From: a virus
Taxonomy: Duplodnaviria; Caudoviricetes
Virus record (IMG/VR): IMGVR_UViG_3300008952_000039
Coordinates: 1,654 to 65,653 of that record
Reading direction: 5' to 3' (one strand)
Length of the DNA stretch: 64,000 nt
The translations under genes were made by a program, and so were the position numbers. The number at the start of each line of letters is the position of its first letter. Position 1 is the first letter of the stretch. The notes beneath the pieces are model-generated. The model saw only the letters and a program-made list of their open reading frames with translations, was not told the origin of the DNA and did no database searches. This document shows positions 28,189 through 37,100 of this stretch, in pieces.

Positions 28189-29064
28189 TTAGCGAGTGAT
28201 TACAAGTCTCGCCAACCCTCTTGGGTTGTAAGCACCAATACCAAGATTTTCAAAGACTGAGAATCCGATAGTACGAGCTTTTGGATCATCGGCAGAAAGA
28301 ACCGTCAATTCTGTACGAACGGGGATACGTCCGAACATTTCCGGCTCGCAGCAAACATAGACTGTTCCAACAGGAACAAGACGAGAAGTAATGATCTGCG
28401 CTCCCCAAAGGGTAGCTTGAAGACCAGTCTTCAACAATGTTGCTTGGCTTTCGATATCCAGAATGTCACGACCAAACTTACGGATGTCAGCATAGTCACG
28501 GGCATTCATAAACACTCTGGCTACTCTCAAGTCGTGTCGTTCGATCAATGCAAAAGCATCAGCAAGAACAGCACCGCTCAAAGGAGCAACGACAGGAAGG
28601 TCTGCGTTGGTTCCAGCAGCAATAGAGTCAAATCCGTTGGTAGCAATGCTATCAAGAACAGCGAAAACTCGCTCGTCTTCAGCAGCTTGGATCTGCGCTC
28701 TTGCCAAATCTTGCGCTCTCTCAATAAGATCGAATCGTCTTTCTTTGATTTGGGTCAGAGGGATTTCAGGATTGGATGCAATCTCAAACAATGGAAAGAT
28801 TACCCTACGAGGCTTTGTGACGGCAAGGATGTTTTGTCCTTCTTCACCAACAACATAAGCTGTAACATCGGGGTCTTTGTCATAGATTGGCAAAGCACCA
28901 TCAGGCAGTTGTTCCACAAGGAAAGTCTTACGACCAACCGCTGTATAATCTCTACGGGTTCTCAGAGGCTGAGTCATAGAGGCAGCGAGTTTCGCACGAC
29001 CCTGTGGAGTTTTGATATATTCAGAAATGATTTTTTGCTTCACAGCATTTGAAACAGTAGACAT
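28189..29064 (-). CDS. Major capsid protein (HK97 fold, compact 291 aa)
   Basis: Last gene of the protease-scaffold-decoration series. Backbone helix DLIERAQDLARAQIQAAEDERVF, LWGAQII, C-terminal GIGAYNPRGL. Strong AAGGAGG RBS and downstream terminator. Confidence 0.85.
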   Translation of the reverse strand: MSTVSNAVKQKIISEYIKTPQGRAKLAASMTQPLRTRRDYTAVGRKTFLVEQLPDGALPIYDKDPDVTAYVVGEEGQNILAVTKPRRVIFPLFEIASNPEIPLTQIKERRFDLIERAQDLARAQIQAAEDERVFAVLDSIATNGFDSIAAGTNADLPVVAPLSGAVLADAFALIERHDLRVARVFMNARDYADIRKFGRDILDIESQATLLKTGLQATLWGAQIITSRLVPVGTVYVCCEPEMFGRIPVRTELTVLSADDPKARTIGFSVFENLGIGAYNPRGLARLVITR

Positions 29065-29079
29065 ATTTCAATCCTCCTT

Positions 29080-29733
29080 TTAGATACGCTGGTCGTAGAC
29101 CAATTCGTTTTGGGTTGAATCAGGTGGCATCTTAACAATACCAATAATAGTATAGTCTGCTGGAACAGCAGTATTAATACCAACACCAAACACTAATACG
29201 GTTCCACCTGCATGGCATTCCCAGCTTTCAGAAGCGTGTCCAGCCTGTGCATTGGTAAGAAATCCATTAGGGCTGGTTCCAAGACAATCACCAACTGCAT
29301 AAGTGAGAGCAGTAGTAGCATTTTGCTGAGAAGTCTCATAAAGAGAATTCGCATAGCAACCCTGTGCAGACACATAGGGGCCTTTTCCAGAAGCAGTTCC
29401 GGGGGTATTCTCAAAAGAGTTACCGTTGGCTGAGTTAATGAAAACACCAAGTGGATACATACCTTGAACCTTAGAGGCTACGGCTGTAACACCACCGACA
29501 TAGTTAGAACCCTCATCGGGTCGTGCAATACAAACAGCACCGCTCAGTACACCGAGCTTAGTTGTATCACACTGGCTACTGTTGCGAGCAGCAGCAGCAG
29601 AATTAATGGGGTTGACCGAAGTGAAACTATCAGCAGTGAGAACACCTATGGTATTACGAATACCAACATGCAGGATTCTTAGTGCTGAAGAACTCTCAGT
29701 AAAACCACCACTCGCTTGTCCAAGTAAAGGCAT
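29080..29733 (-). CDS. Capsid decoration/cement protein
   Basis: Immediately upstream of MCP. PLGVF...ASGKGPYV..YAVGD.L..S.NGFLT pattern. Confidence 0.65.
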   Translation of the reverse strand: MPLLGQASGGFTESSSALRILHVGIRNTIGVLTADSFTSVNPINSAAAARNSSQCDTTKLGVLSGAVCIARPDEGSNYVGGVTAVASKVQGMYPLGVFINSANGNSFENTPGTASGKGPYVSAQGCYANSLYETSQQNATTALTYAVGDCLGTSPNGFLTNAQAGHASESWECHAGGTVLVFGVGINTAVPADYTIIGIVKMPPDSTQNELVYDQRI

Positions 29734-29757
29734 AATTTATTCTCCTAAATATGCTTT

Positions 29758-29780
29758 CACTCCCTGTTTACAGGAAAGTG
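29758..29780 (-). promoter_or_regulatory. Hairpin in the 5' leader of the decoration/MCP operon
   Basis: CACTTTCCTG-taaa-CAGGGAGTG on the minus strand, about 11 nt upstream of the RBS. Confidence 0.45.
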
Positions 29781-29870
29781 TAGATTTGTGAAAAAACTTC
29801 AACGAATGAGAAAGACAACCCTCCTCACTATAAAGGGAATGATTATCAAAAGACTATTGGGAAAAAGCAA

Positions 29871-29899
29871 GAAAGCCTCCTAAAATTTAGGAGGCTTTC
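29871..29899 (-). terminator. Hairpin/terminator after the scaffold gene
   Basis: GAAAGCCTCCTAAA-a-TTTAGGAGGCTTTC inverted repeat followed by TTGCTTTTT on the minus strand. Confidence 0.7.
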
Positions 29900-29919
29900 A
29901 TATTTATTGAGAGAAAATC

Positions 29920-31263
29920 TTACTTGAAGATGTTGCTCACATCAGGAGCAGTTTCCCAAAGATTAGCAAGCTCATTCAATTCATTGGCAGCAGCCGATTT
30001 CTTGACAGAGCCAAGGGTTTTAACTCCCTTTCCAGCTTTGCGAGGGGTTGGACGAAGACGGGAAGCTTTCTTTTCTTCCTTTTCTTCTTCTTCACCATCA
30101 TCATCGCCTTCTTCTTCATCAGCATCTTCTTCGGCTTCTTCTTCTTCGGCTTCTTCCTCTTCTTCTTCATCGGCAGCAAATTTCTCACCGAAAAGATTAG
30201 CAAGAAGATCCTCATCATCAGCCATCATAGCATCTTCATCAGCATCAAGACCCATAGGATCTTCGCCAAGAACCATTTCTTCATTAGCCACTGCTGCTTC
30301 TTCTTCTTCATTAGCCATACAGCCTTCATCAGCCACTACTTCTTCAGGAGCATTGGCTTCTTCTTCCATCTCAGCAAGCATTTCCATTTCGTCAGCGGTA
30401 AGGAAGGCTTGCTTCTTTTCAAGATTCTCAGGGAATTTTGAAGCAGCTTGATCATCAGACATTTCTTGGATGCCATAACCATACTGAGCATCATTCTGAG
30501 AACGACCAGCGTGATCAGCTTTCTTAGCTCTCTCTTCTTTAAGCATTTCAGCAAGCATACGATCTTCAACAGTAGCTTGTCTACGTCTACGGGGCTGTCT
30601 ACGGGGCTGTCTACGAGCAGAACGAGAGAAGCTTTCGCCCAATCCCATAGCCACTTCGTCAGCATCAAGGTCACCGCTCATATCAGCATCCATTGCATCG
30701 AATACTTCTTGGCTTCCACCCCACTCTTCTTGATCAATCAAGTCATTTCCATCAGCATCATATTCATCAAAAACATCGTGACCCATCATATCCATATCTT
30801 CGCCATACTCAGCCATAATAGGATCGATAAAGGCTTGCTTTTGAATACGCTTCAAAGAGGCTTGGATTTGACGATCTGAAAGATCCATCAAATCAAGGGC
30901 TTGATTCTCAATTTGCTCAACAGTAGCACCATCTCCAAGAAGAGACTGAGCAATGCGAATACACTTAGCAGCTTTGCGCTCTACAGAAGCACGAAGACTA
31001 CGGCTTGCCTGCTTGGGGCCACTGGCATCAGCTTTTGCTGCTGGGTGATCCGCTTCCCATCCATAAGAGGCAGGGGCGGGGCCTTGAGCATAAGGGCCAG
31101 AAGAAGGTTCTTCAGCAAAGTCTGCATGAGGATCATTTTGACCTACAAAATACTCATCGCCTTCAGGGTCTTCTTTAAAAGCTGGATGGTCAGCATCCCA
31201 ACCATATGAAGCAGGGGGTGGGGAAGCCTTACGGTTCCAAGTCTTACGGTTTCTTCGTGACAT
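29920..31263 (-). CDS. Capsid scaffolding/core protein, acidic, with an EF-hand pair
   Basis: Between protease and capsid genes. Very acidic and helical. DADGNDLIDQEE and DADMSGDLDADE loops. Confidence 0.65.
   Translation of the reverse strand: MSRRNRKTWNRKASPPPASYGWDADHPAFKEDPEGDEYFVGQNDPHADFAEEPSSGPYAQGPAPASYGWEADHPAAKADASGPKQASRSLRASVERKAAKCIRIAQSLLGDGATVEQIENQALDLMDLSDRQIQASLKRIQKQAFIDPIMAEYGEDMDMMGHDVFDEYDADGNDLIDQEEWGGSQEVFDAMDADMSGDLDADEVAMGLGESFSRSARRQPRRQPRRRRQATVEDRMLAEMLKEERAKKADHAGRSQNDAQYGYGIQEMSDDQAASKFPENLEKKQAFLTADEMEMLAEMEEEANAPEEVVADEGCMANEEEEAAVANEEMVLGEDPMGLDADEDAMMADDEDLLANLFGEKFAADEEEEEEAEEEEAEEDADEEEGDDDGEEEEKEEKKASRLRPTPRKAGKGVKTLGSVKKSAAANELNELANLWETAPDVSNIFK
30578..30615. 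repeat. Short tandem repeat (12-nt GTCTACGGGGCT unit) encoding RRQPRRQPRRRRQ
   Basis: Seen directly in the sequence. Confidence 0.7.
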
Positions 31264-31267
31264 CAGG

Positions 31268-32704
31268 TTATCTCCTTTTAGATTTATTCCTCATTGAGAT
31301 AATTCCCCCAAGCTTGAGAAGGGTTTTCTTTTCTCTCTGAGTAAGTTTTGATCCTTTAAATTGGGAACAATGAGAAAGATACTCCTCCTCAGAGGAATAA
31401 TCTGTAGTAGCACCAATAGATAGTGCTGTTCTATAAATAGATATCGGTATAGGAAGACCAACGAAATTATTATACTCAGCAAGAGAATTAATTAAGTCAG
31501 CTTTGTTTACACTGTGGGCAACAATTGTTCTAACATCTTGTAAATACTGTCTTTGTCTTTTACTGATTTTTCGGGTCTTTTCCGCACCCTGCTTAATAAT
31601 GTTGTCATTGGGTTCTGCGGAACTTTCTTCTGGTGAGGGTGACGGATTTCTTTTTTGAGCCTCTTCTTCACTATTTAATTGTTCTCTAATTTTTTTCTTT
31701 ACTTTATTAAGAATTATCTGCTCAATATCATCTTGAAGATCCTTAATGGGATCACTCTCATCATCACCACCCTCATCATCATCACCATCATCACCACCAA
31801 AATCAAAAGCATTTTTAGCAGCTTTCAGTGTCGATTCAGAAGACCATTCTTTGGGTGGTTGTGAAAGTATTTCATCAGCCTTTCTCTGCATTTCCACTTC
31901 AAGGCTCTCTGGATGAAGAATGTTTCGCATTACTGCGCCAGTAAATGCTGGAGTAGCAACCCAAGAGGCTTCTATGAAAGTCACACCGCCTGTTGGGTCT
32001 ATGGATTTATGACCACATAATTCTGCAATACGGTGTTTGTGTCCGTTCTCATCAAAGAAGGTATTCCCCTTCTCATAACGAACATGTTTACACATCTCTG
32101 TCTCATCAACAGCAACGTGACCACACTTCGTACACTGAGTAAAATCTACAGTGCAGCCCATACTCATAGAATCCATCTTTCCGTTTTCAATAGCTTTCAC
32201 AAGGTCAGCATGCTTTCTATGGGTAGCTACCAGAATGTCTACATAAACACTGTCACCAATATCTCTGGCAACAGCATCTATAATACGACCTTTTGAAAGG
32301 TCTTCTACTTGAACATGCTCTACGAAATTATGCGCTCCAATGAATGTCCGATAAGACTTCATTAAGACATCTCTATCCCAACAATCCAGATTGTTGTTGA
32401 TGAATTTATCACAAGTACTTTTTACTCTGTAGTTTCCGAATTTTCTATTTACACGAAAACCGTCTTCTGTTGAACCACCAAGTTTCACATTTGAAGGCTC
32501 AAAAGTGTCAACAGAAGCCACAATTGTAGCGTGTGTTAAAAGATACTCATCAGGAGAGAAAGCTCCACCAAGAATACCAGAGGCTTGCTCCACAAGATCC
32601 ACGGCTAAATTTTTCTTATGAGAAGCAGTGCGAATTTTGCCCCAAGTCCTTCCAGATACTTGGGGCTGAATAACAGTTGCTTTAGCATATTTCATGAAAG
32701 CCAT
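31268..32704 (-). CDS. Prohead (capsid maturation) protease
   Basis: Between portal and scaffold. FVEH...KGRIIDA...SMSMGC...EASWV..PA resembles HK97/assemblin-like proteases. CxxC..C.H zinc insertion. Confidence 0.75.
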   Translation of the reverse strand: MAFMKYAKATVIQPQVSGRTWGKIRTASHKKNLAVDLVEQASGILGGAFSPDEYLLTHATIVASVDTFEPSNVKLGGSTEDGFRVNRKFGNYRVKSTCDKFINNNLDCWDRDVLMKSYRTFIGAHNFVEHVQVEDLSKGRIIDAVARDIGDSVYVDILVATHRKHADLVKAIENGKMDSMSMGCTVDFTQCTKCGHVAVDETEMCKHVRYEKGNTFFDENGHKHRIAELCGHKSIDPTGGVTFIEASWVATPAFTGAVMRNILHPESLEVEMQRKADEILSQPPKEWSSESTLKAAKNAFDFGGDDGDDDEGGDDESDPIKDLQDDIEQIILNKVKKKIREQLNSEEEAQKRNPSPSPEESSAEPNDNIIKQGAEKTRKISKRQRQYLQDVRTIVAHSVNKADLINSLAEYNNFVGLPIPISIYRTALSIGATTDYSSEEEYLSHCSQFKGSKLTQREKKTLLKLGGIISMRNKSKRR

Positions 32705-32705
32705 A

Positions 32706-33308
32706 CTAATCTCCTAAGATATCCTCTCTGCGTATAAGAAAAAGACAGGACGGACACCCAAACAGCTTAACACTACCTTCATTATCTATCTTTTTATAGA
32801 CCGCTTTTTTCAACCCAACAAAACCACACTTAGGACACTCATATTGCCCCGAACCTGTTTCCCTTTTACAAGGTCTATATTGTCTTCCTTTAGAAGACCA
32901 GTAAAGAGCCTTTTTGGTATATGCAGCAGCAACCCTTTTAGAAAGGATTTCCGACTGTTGCTGTGCTTTTGCGGAAGCCCTGTCTTCAGGAACAGCATCA
33001 AGCACATCAATAACATCACCAAGAGGCTCATAAGGGCCCCCAGAAACCTCTACTGTTCCAGCACCGCCGGGAACGCTATTGTGATGAGGTTCGTTCATAG
33101 GACTGTCGTGACGAACCCTTTGTAGATTTTCCACTGGGTATCTTGTTGAACCGTGAGGAAATTCTACATCCACCATCCCAATAGCGGGCCAAACTGCAAC
33201 CACCCGACCAGCAAAATCAGCAGAATTCCCATAGGGAACAACGGAGTCCCCCACACGAAATTCACTGGCTCTGGCTTGATAATCGACATAGACAGAAGAG
33301 GTTTTCAC
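32706..33308 (-). CDS. Hypothetical protein with SH3-like N-domain and C-terminal zinc ribbon
   Basis: FRVGD.V...GRVVAV....VDVEF, CPKC...CPSC and KRVAAAY. Confidence 0.7.
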   Translation of the reverse strand: MKTSSVYVDYQARASEFRVGDSVVPYGNSADFAGRVVAVWPAIGMVDVEFPHGSTRYPVENLQRVRHDSPMNEPHHNSVPGGAGTVEVSGGPYEPLGDVIDVLDAVPEDRASAKAQQQSEILSKRVAAAYTKKALYWSSKGRQYRPCKRETGSGQYECPKCGFVGLKKAVYKKIDNEGSVKLFGCPSCLFLIRREDILGD

Positions 33309-33317
33309 AAGACACCC

Positions 33318-34169
33318 CTATTCTGCGCCTTTATCGCTTCCACCCATCTCACTCATTGCAGAGGAGACAATTTTTGCAGCCAGACCGACCAACTTCTCTA
33401 ACTTAGAAGAAGAACCTTCCAGCATGCTTTGCATTTGAAGTTGTTGGACAGGGCTGTCAGAATCTTGGGCTGAAAGAGAGTTACAAAGACCTTCCAAGAA
33501 AGGAAGTACTTCGCCAATAGCATTGCAAGAACGATCAGCAGCAGCCATCACTCCAAGGTTAGCTTCACCACTGGCTTCCATAGAAATCATAGCATCCCGA
33601 ATTTTATCAAGGGCCGCTACAAGTTTGTCAGCAGCACCTGCAAGTGATTTCACTTCGGAAACACCAGAAGCAGAAAGCTTGGCAGCACAGATTTTTAGGC
33701 TGTCACGGAGACTACCGATTTCATGCACTTCACCAGCCTCTTTACTTAAACGAGAAAGAGCATCATCAAGATTGGCTTGTCTTCCAGCTTGAGGAGGTCT
33801 TGGTTCTTCATTTACTTCAGAAACCGCACCACTTTCTTGCAAATCTCTCAATTCTCTGTTTTCCTGACGAGAAAATTCACCTTGCATAAAAGCCTCATCA
33901 GCATCTCCCTCTAAGGGGCCACCAACTTCACGACCTACATCGTCAGGATTAAAGCCCGGTTCAAGTACGGGATCTAAATCATCAAGGGCTTTCTTGAATA
34001 CATCTGCTTGCTTCTCAACGGCATCACTGAGAAGGTCACATCTGAAAGCAAAGTCTGTTGCAATTTTTTCTGGAATACCAAGTGCCTCAAAATTTGCCTC
34101 AAACACAGATGCGATACGATCAAGTGTCTGAGAAACTTGTAACGCACTCTTTTTACTGATTTGAGTCAT
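33318..34169 (-). CDS. Nested in-frame gene (283 aa, scaffold/core-like) from an internal start
   Basis: ATG at 34169 (MTQISKKSALQ) with GGAGG at 34179-34183 and a late-type motif at 34244-34255. Confidence 0.6.
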   Translation of the reverse strand: MTQISKKSALQVSQTLDRIASVFEANFEALGIPEKIATDFAFRCDLLSDAVEKQADVFKKALDDLDPVLEPGFNPDDVGREVGGPLEGDADEAFMQGEFSRQENRELRDLQESGAVSEVNEEPRPPQAGRQANLDDALSRLSKEAGEVHEIGSLRDSLKICAAKLSASGVSEVKSLAGAADKLVAALDKIRDAMISMEASGEANLGVMAAADRSCNAIGEVLPFLEGLCNSLSAQDSDSPVQQLQMQSMLEGSSSKLEKLVGLAAKIVSSAMSEMGGSDKGAE

Positions 34170-37100
34170 CGTTTGGTTCCTCCGAATGGAATTATTGGGT
34201 GTTCTTAATTTTTGGTACAGTCCTACACCTATATTTATATCAGTATAGGATAATGATTGAATTTTTGAAGATGTCTTAGTTTTGGATACCCATTTTTGGG
34301 CTGCTTCCTGATCTTTAAAGTACTTAGTGTACTTCTTGCTCTTGGCTCCCCAAGGCTTCTCACCTATGGGGTATTCTACCTTCCACACTTCCCCAGCCTT
34401 CTTCTGGTTGGCTTCTAAAGCTAAATTTATACAGTTTGTGTAGTCACTAAAGGATGCCCCACCAAACAAATGGTCAAAGTGCTGAGATAAACTTTCTAAG
34501 TGTTTCTCTTTAATTACACCATTATTTAAGGAAGCCAGTTTTTCCAAAATCCCAAGGCGCATATTCTGGAGAACTTTCTCCTCATCACTACCACTTTCTT
34601 CGCTTTCTTCGGAGCCTTCTTCATCTGAAAGCTCCGCTGCAATATCCTCCATAAGAGTTGAGAAAGTTTCTTGGTACTCTGCAACATCAATACTCTCTGA
34701 AGATTCATCTCTTTCATCGCCTTCGGACTTCGTGGAGGCACTGATCATATCATTGAATTCATCAAGACCATCATAATTAGAATAGTATTCTGCCACTAAA
34801 CTCTTCAAAAATTCAGCATTAGCAGGGTTCGCAACGGCTGCACCAGCAAATTTCTTTGCAATCGGAAAGTGTTCTCCAAGCTCTTGGAGGGTGTGGTTTT
34901 GGATGCGATCACGAATGAAGTCTCTTTTATCTTCTTCTGATCCTGTCATAGCTTTTATGGCTTTATTGATGTTTCTATCAGAGCCGCCCTCACTAACATT
35001 CCCCATCAGAACAGCAGAAACTCCTCTTTTCTTAGTAGCCATTTTATTCAAGTCCATTGCAGCCTGTACCGCTTTCAACTGCTTGAATTCTTGAGATTCC
35101 TTATCCGTAGTATTCTCTATTTTCTCTGCAAGGTTTTTCTGAAGCGCAGCAACCGTAGATTTATCCATCTTCTTTATCTGACGGAAAGCAGCAGCCGACC
35201 TTTTATCTCCATCCTTCTGACCTTGTATCTTTTCCCCAAGCCCCACTCTCATTGGGTCAAGTAGGAAAGCGTTGGCAACAGCAAGGCTCTTTGCATGGGC
35301 TGAGAATTCATCTAAAGACATCTTGGAGGTGTCTTTCACCTTCAAAGCTGCTTCTGCTGCTTTCACCTCATCCTTAGAAGGAACCTCATCTGTATCTGTG
35401 AATTTCTTAACCGTAGCTTTAATAGCCTCAATCATATGCTTCTGGTATGTTTCTGGAGATACAGCATCTTCTTTCAAATCCGCTATCTCTTTCTCCATCT
35501 TCTCAATCTTAGCTTCATCATAAGTATCTGTACCCTTCTTGTCCTTCTCTGCTTTTAGCTTCTTAATAAGGTCATTTCTTTTCTTGGTAACTTTATCGGT
35601 AGGAAGATTTTTAGCAGCAAGAAAGGAGAGATCCATAGAAGGAATGGTTTCCATCAATGCAGCAATTTCCACAATGTTCTCTTCTTTTAGAGCCTTTAGC
35701 TCTGCTGCATCCTGTTCTTCTGGAGAGAGGTTTTCTTCTTTCTTCTTTGGTTCTTCTTTCTTCTTTGGTTCTTCTTTCTTCTTTGGTTCTTCTTTCTTCT
35801 TAGGATCAGATTCGCCCTCTTCTACATCAGATTTTGCATCAGAAGATTCATCCAAATTTTCCTCAACTTCTTCCTCAACTTCTTCCTCAACTTCTTCGTC
35901 TACAGTATCTTCATCTTCAGTATTTTCATCCTCATCCAACTCTTCTTCAATCTCTTCATCCTCACTGGAAAGCCAACTTTCTGCCTTGTTTTTATCTTTA
36001 AAATACCTAACAACAGGCTTATTTTTGTCATTTGTCAGACTTTCGTGTACTGCTTTCCACTTACCACTTGGAGTGGTTTTTAAGCCAGCATACATCCACA
36101 GCATTGCTACACGAACAGCAGCCCGTTTGTAATCTTCGTGTTTTAGGGAGAGATCCTTATCTCCGTCTACACCCGATTTTAGATCCTCATCATCTTCTTC
36201 AAGATGTCTCTTCCGAAGGTCATAGCGTGGGGGTTTTAGTTTAGGCTTCTGTTTCACAAAGGCTTCAGCCTGTTCATCTTCTTTTTCACTTTTGGTCTTC
36301 TTGGCTATGTGAAGTGAAGCCACACGAACAGAAGAAGATTTATCAAGGCTCTTGATAACGGTTCCATCTTTCATAAAGGTATCCTCAAGATGGTTGACCA
36401 AGTACTGGCTTTTCAAAGTGGACGAAGTATGTCCTACTATCTTTGCCACCTCATCCAGAGCCTTTGTGAATTCACTTTTAAGAACCTTCTCTCGCTCTTT
36501 AGAATCTTCTGGGAGCTTTCCTCCCTCAGACCGAACCTCTTTTAGCTTGGCTTTCATCTCTTGATTTGCGTGGAAGCCCCGTAGATCTTTAGCACTAATT
36601 CCATAAGGTTTCAGATAGACATTCACATGTGAGCCAGTGACACAGGTGTCCTCATCTCCGTATGTGAAAATGTTCTGGTCTTTGGATTTCCCTTTGGCAG
36701 CTTTTTTAAGCGCAGCCACAACCTTGCTGTCCGTGACTTCCTTTTCGTGGTCTACACCAGATTTACCAGTGTATGTGAAAACCGCTTTAGAGCCTTTGAA
36801 AGATATATGCTTTCCTTCCAGACAAGACACTCCATAGTGACCGTTGTCGGCAGAGGCTTTGTTCCCTACTCGTTCGTAGGTGCAGTCAATAACAGCCACA
36901 ACCAGAGCCACCATCCTCTTTCTCTCATCGTCTGAGGTCAGGTCTTTTTGGTATTCCTTTCTGAGATTAGAGATGTTCTCTCTCAGCTTTTCAATCCTCT
37001 CACCCTTCTTTCGATCTCTGTGTTGGACTTGTCGTTCGCTGTATTCATAGACGGTCATCTCATCACCGTCTTGTGTTTTCACTTTCTTCTTGCTCTTGTA

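Noticed and set aside
28417-29052. 211-aa plus-strand ORF antisense to the major capsid gene
   Set aside because: Shadow ORF from the strong codon bias of a highly expressed gene. No RBS or recognisable motifs.
28189-29064. Encapsulin or extracellular contractile injection system instead of a phage
   Set aside because: Terminase, portal, protease, neck and replication genes show a complete phage.
29924-30451. Ser-rich plus-strand ORF (and the similar one at 35539..36132)
   Set aside because: Reverse complement of GAA/GAT-rich acidic coding tracts.
35733-35894. Tandem repeats as a possible CRISPR array or VNTR-based system
   Set aside because: No spacers. They are in-frame 18- and 12-nt coding repeats (PKKKEE, EEVE) in a disordered linker.
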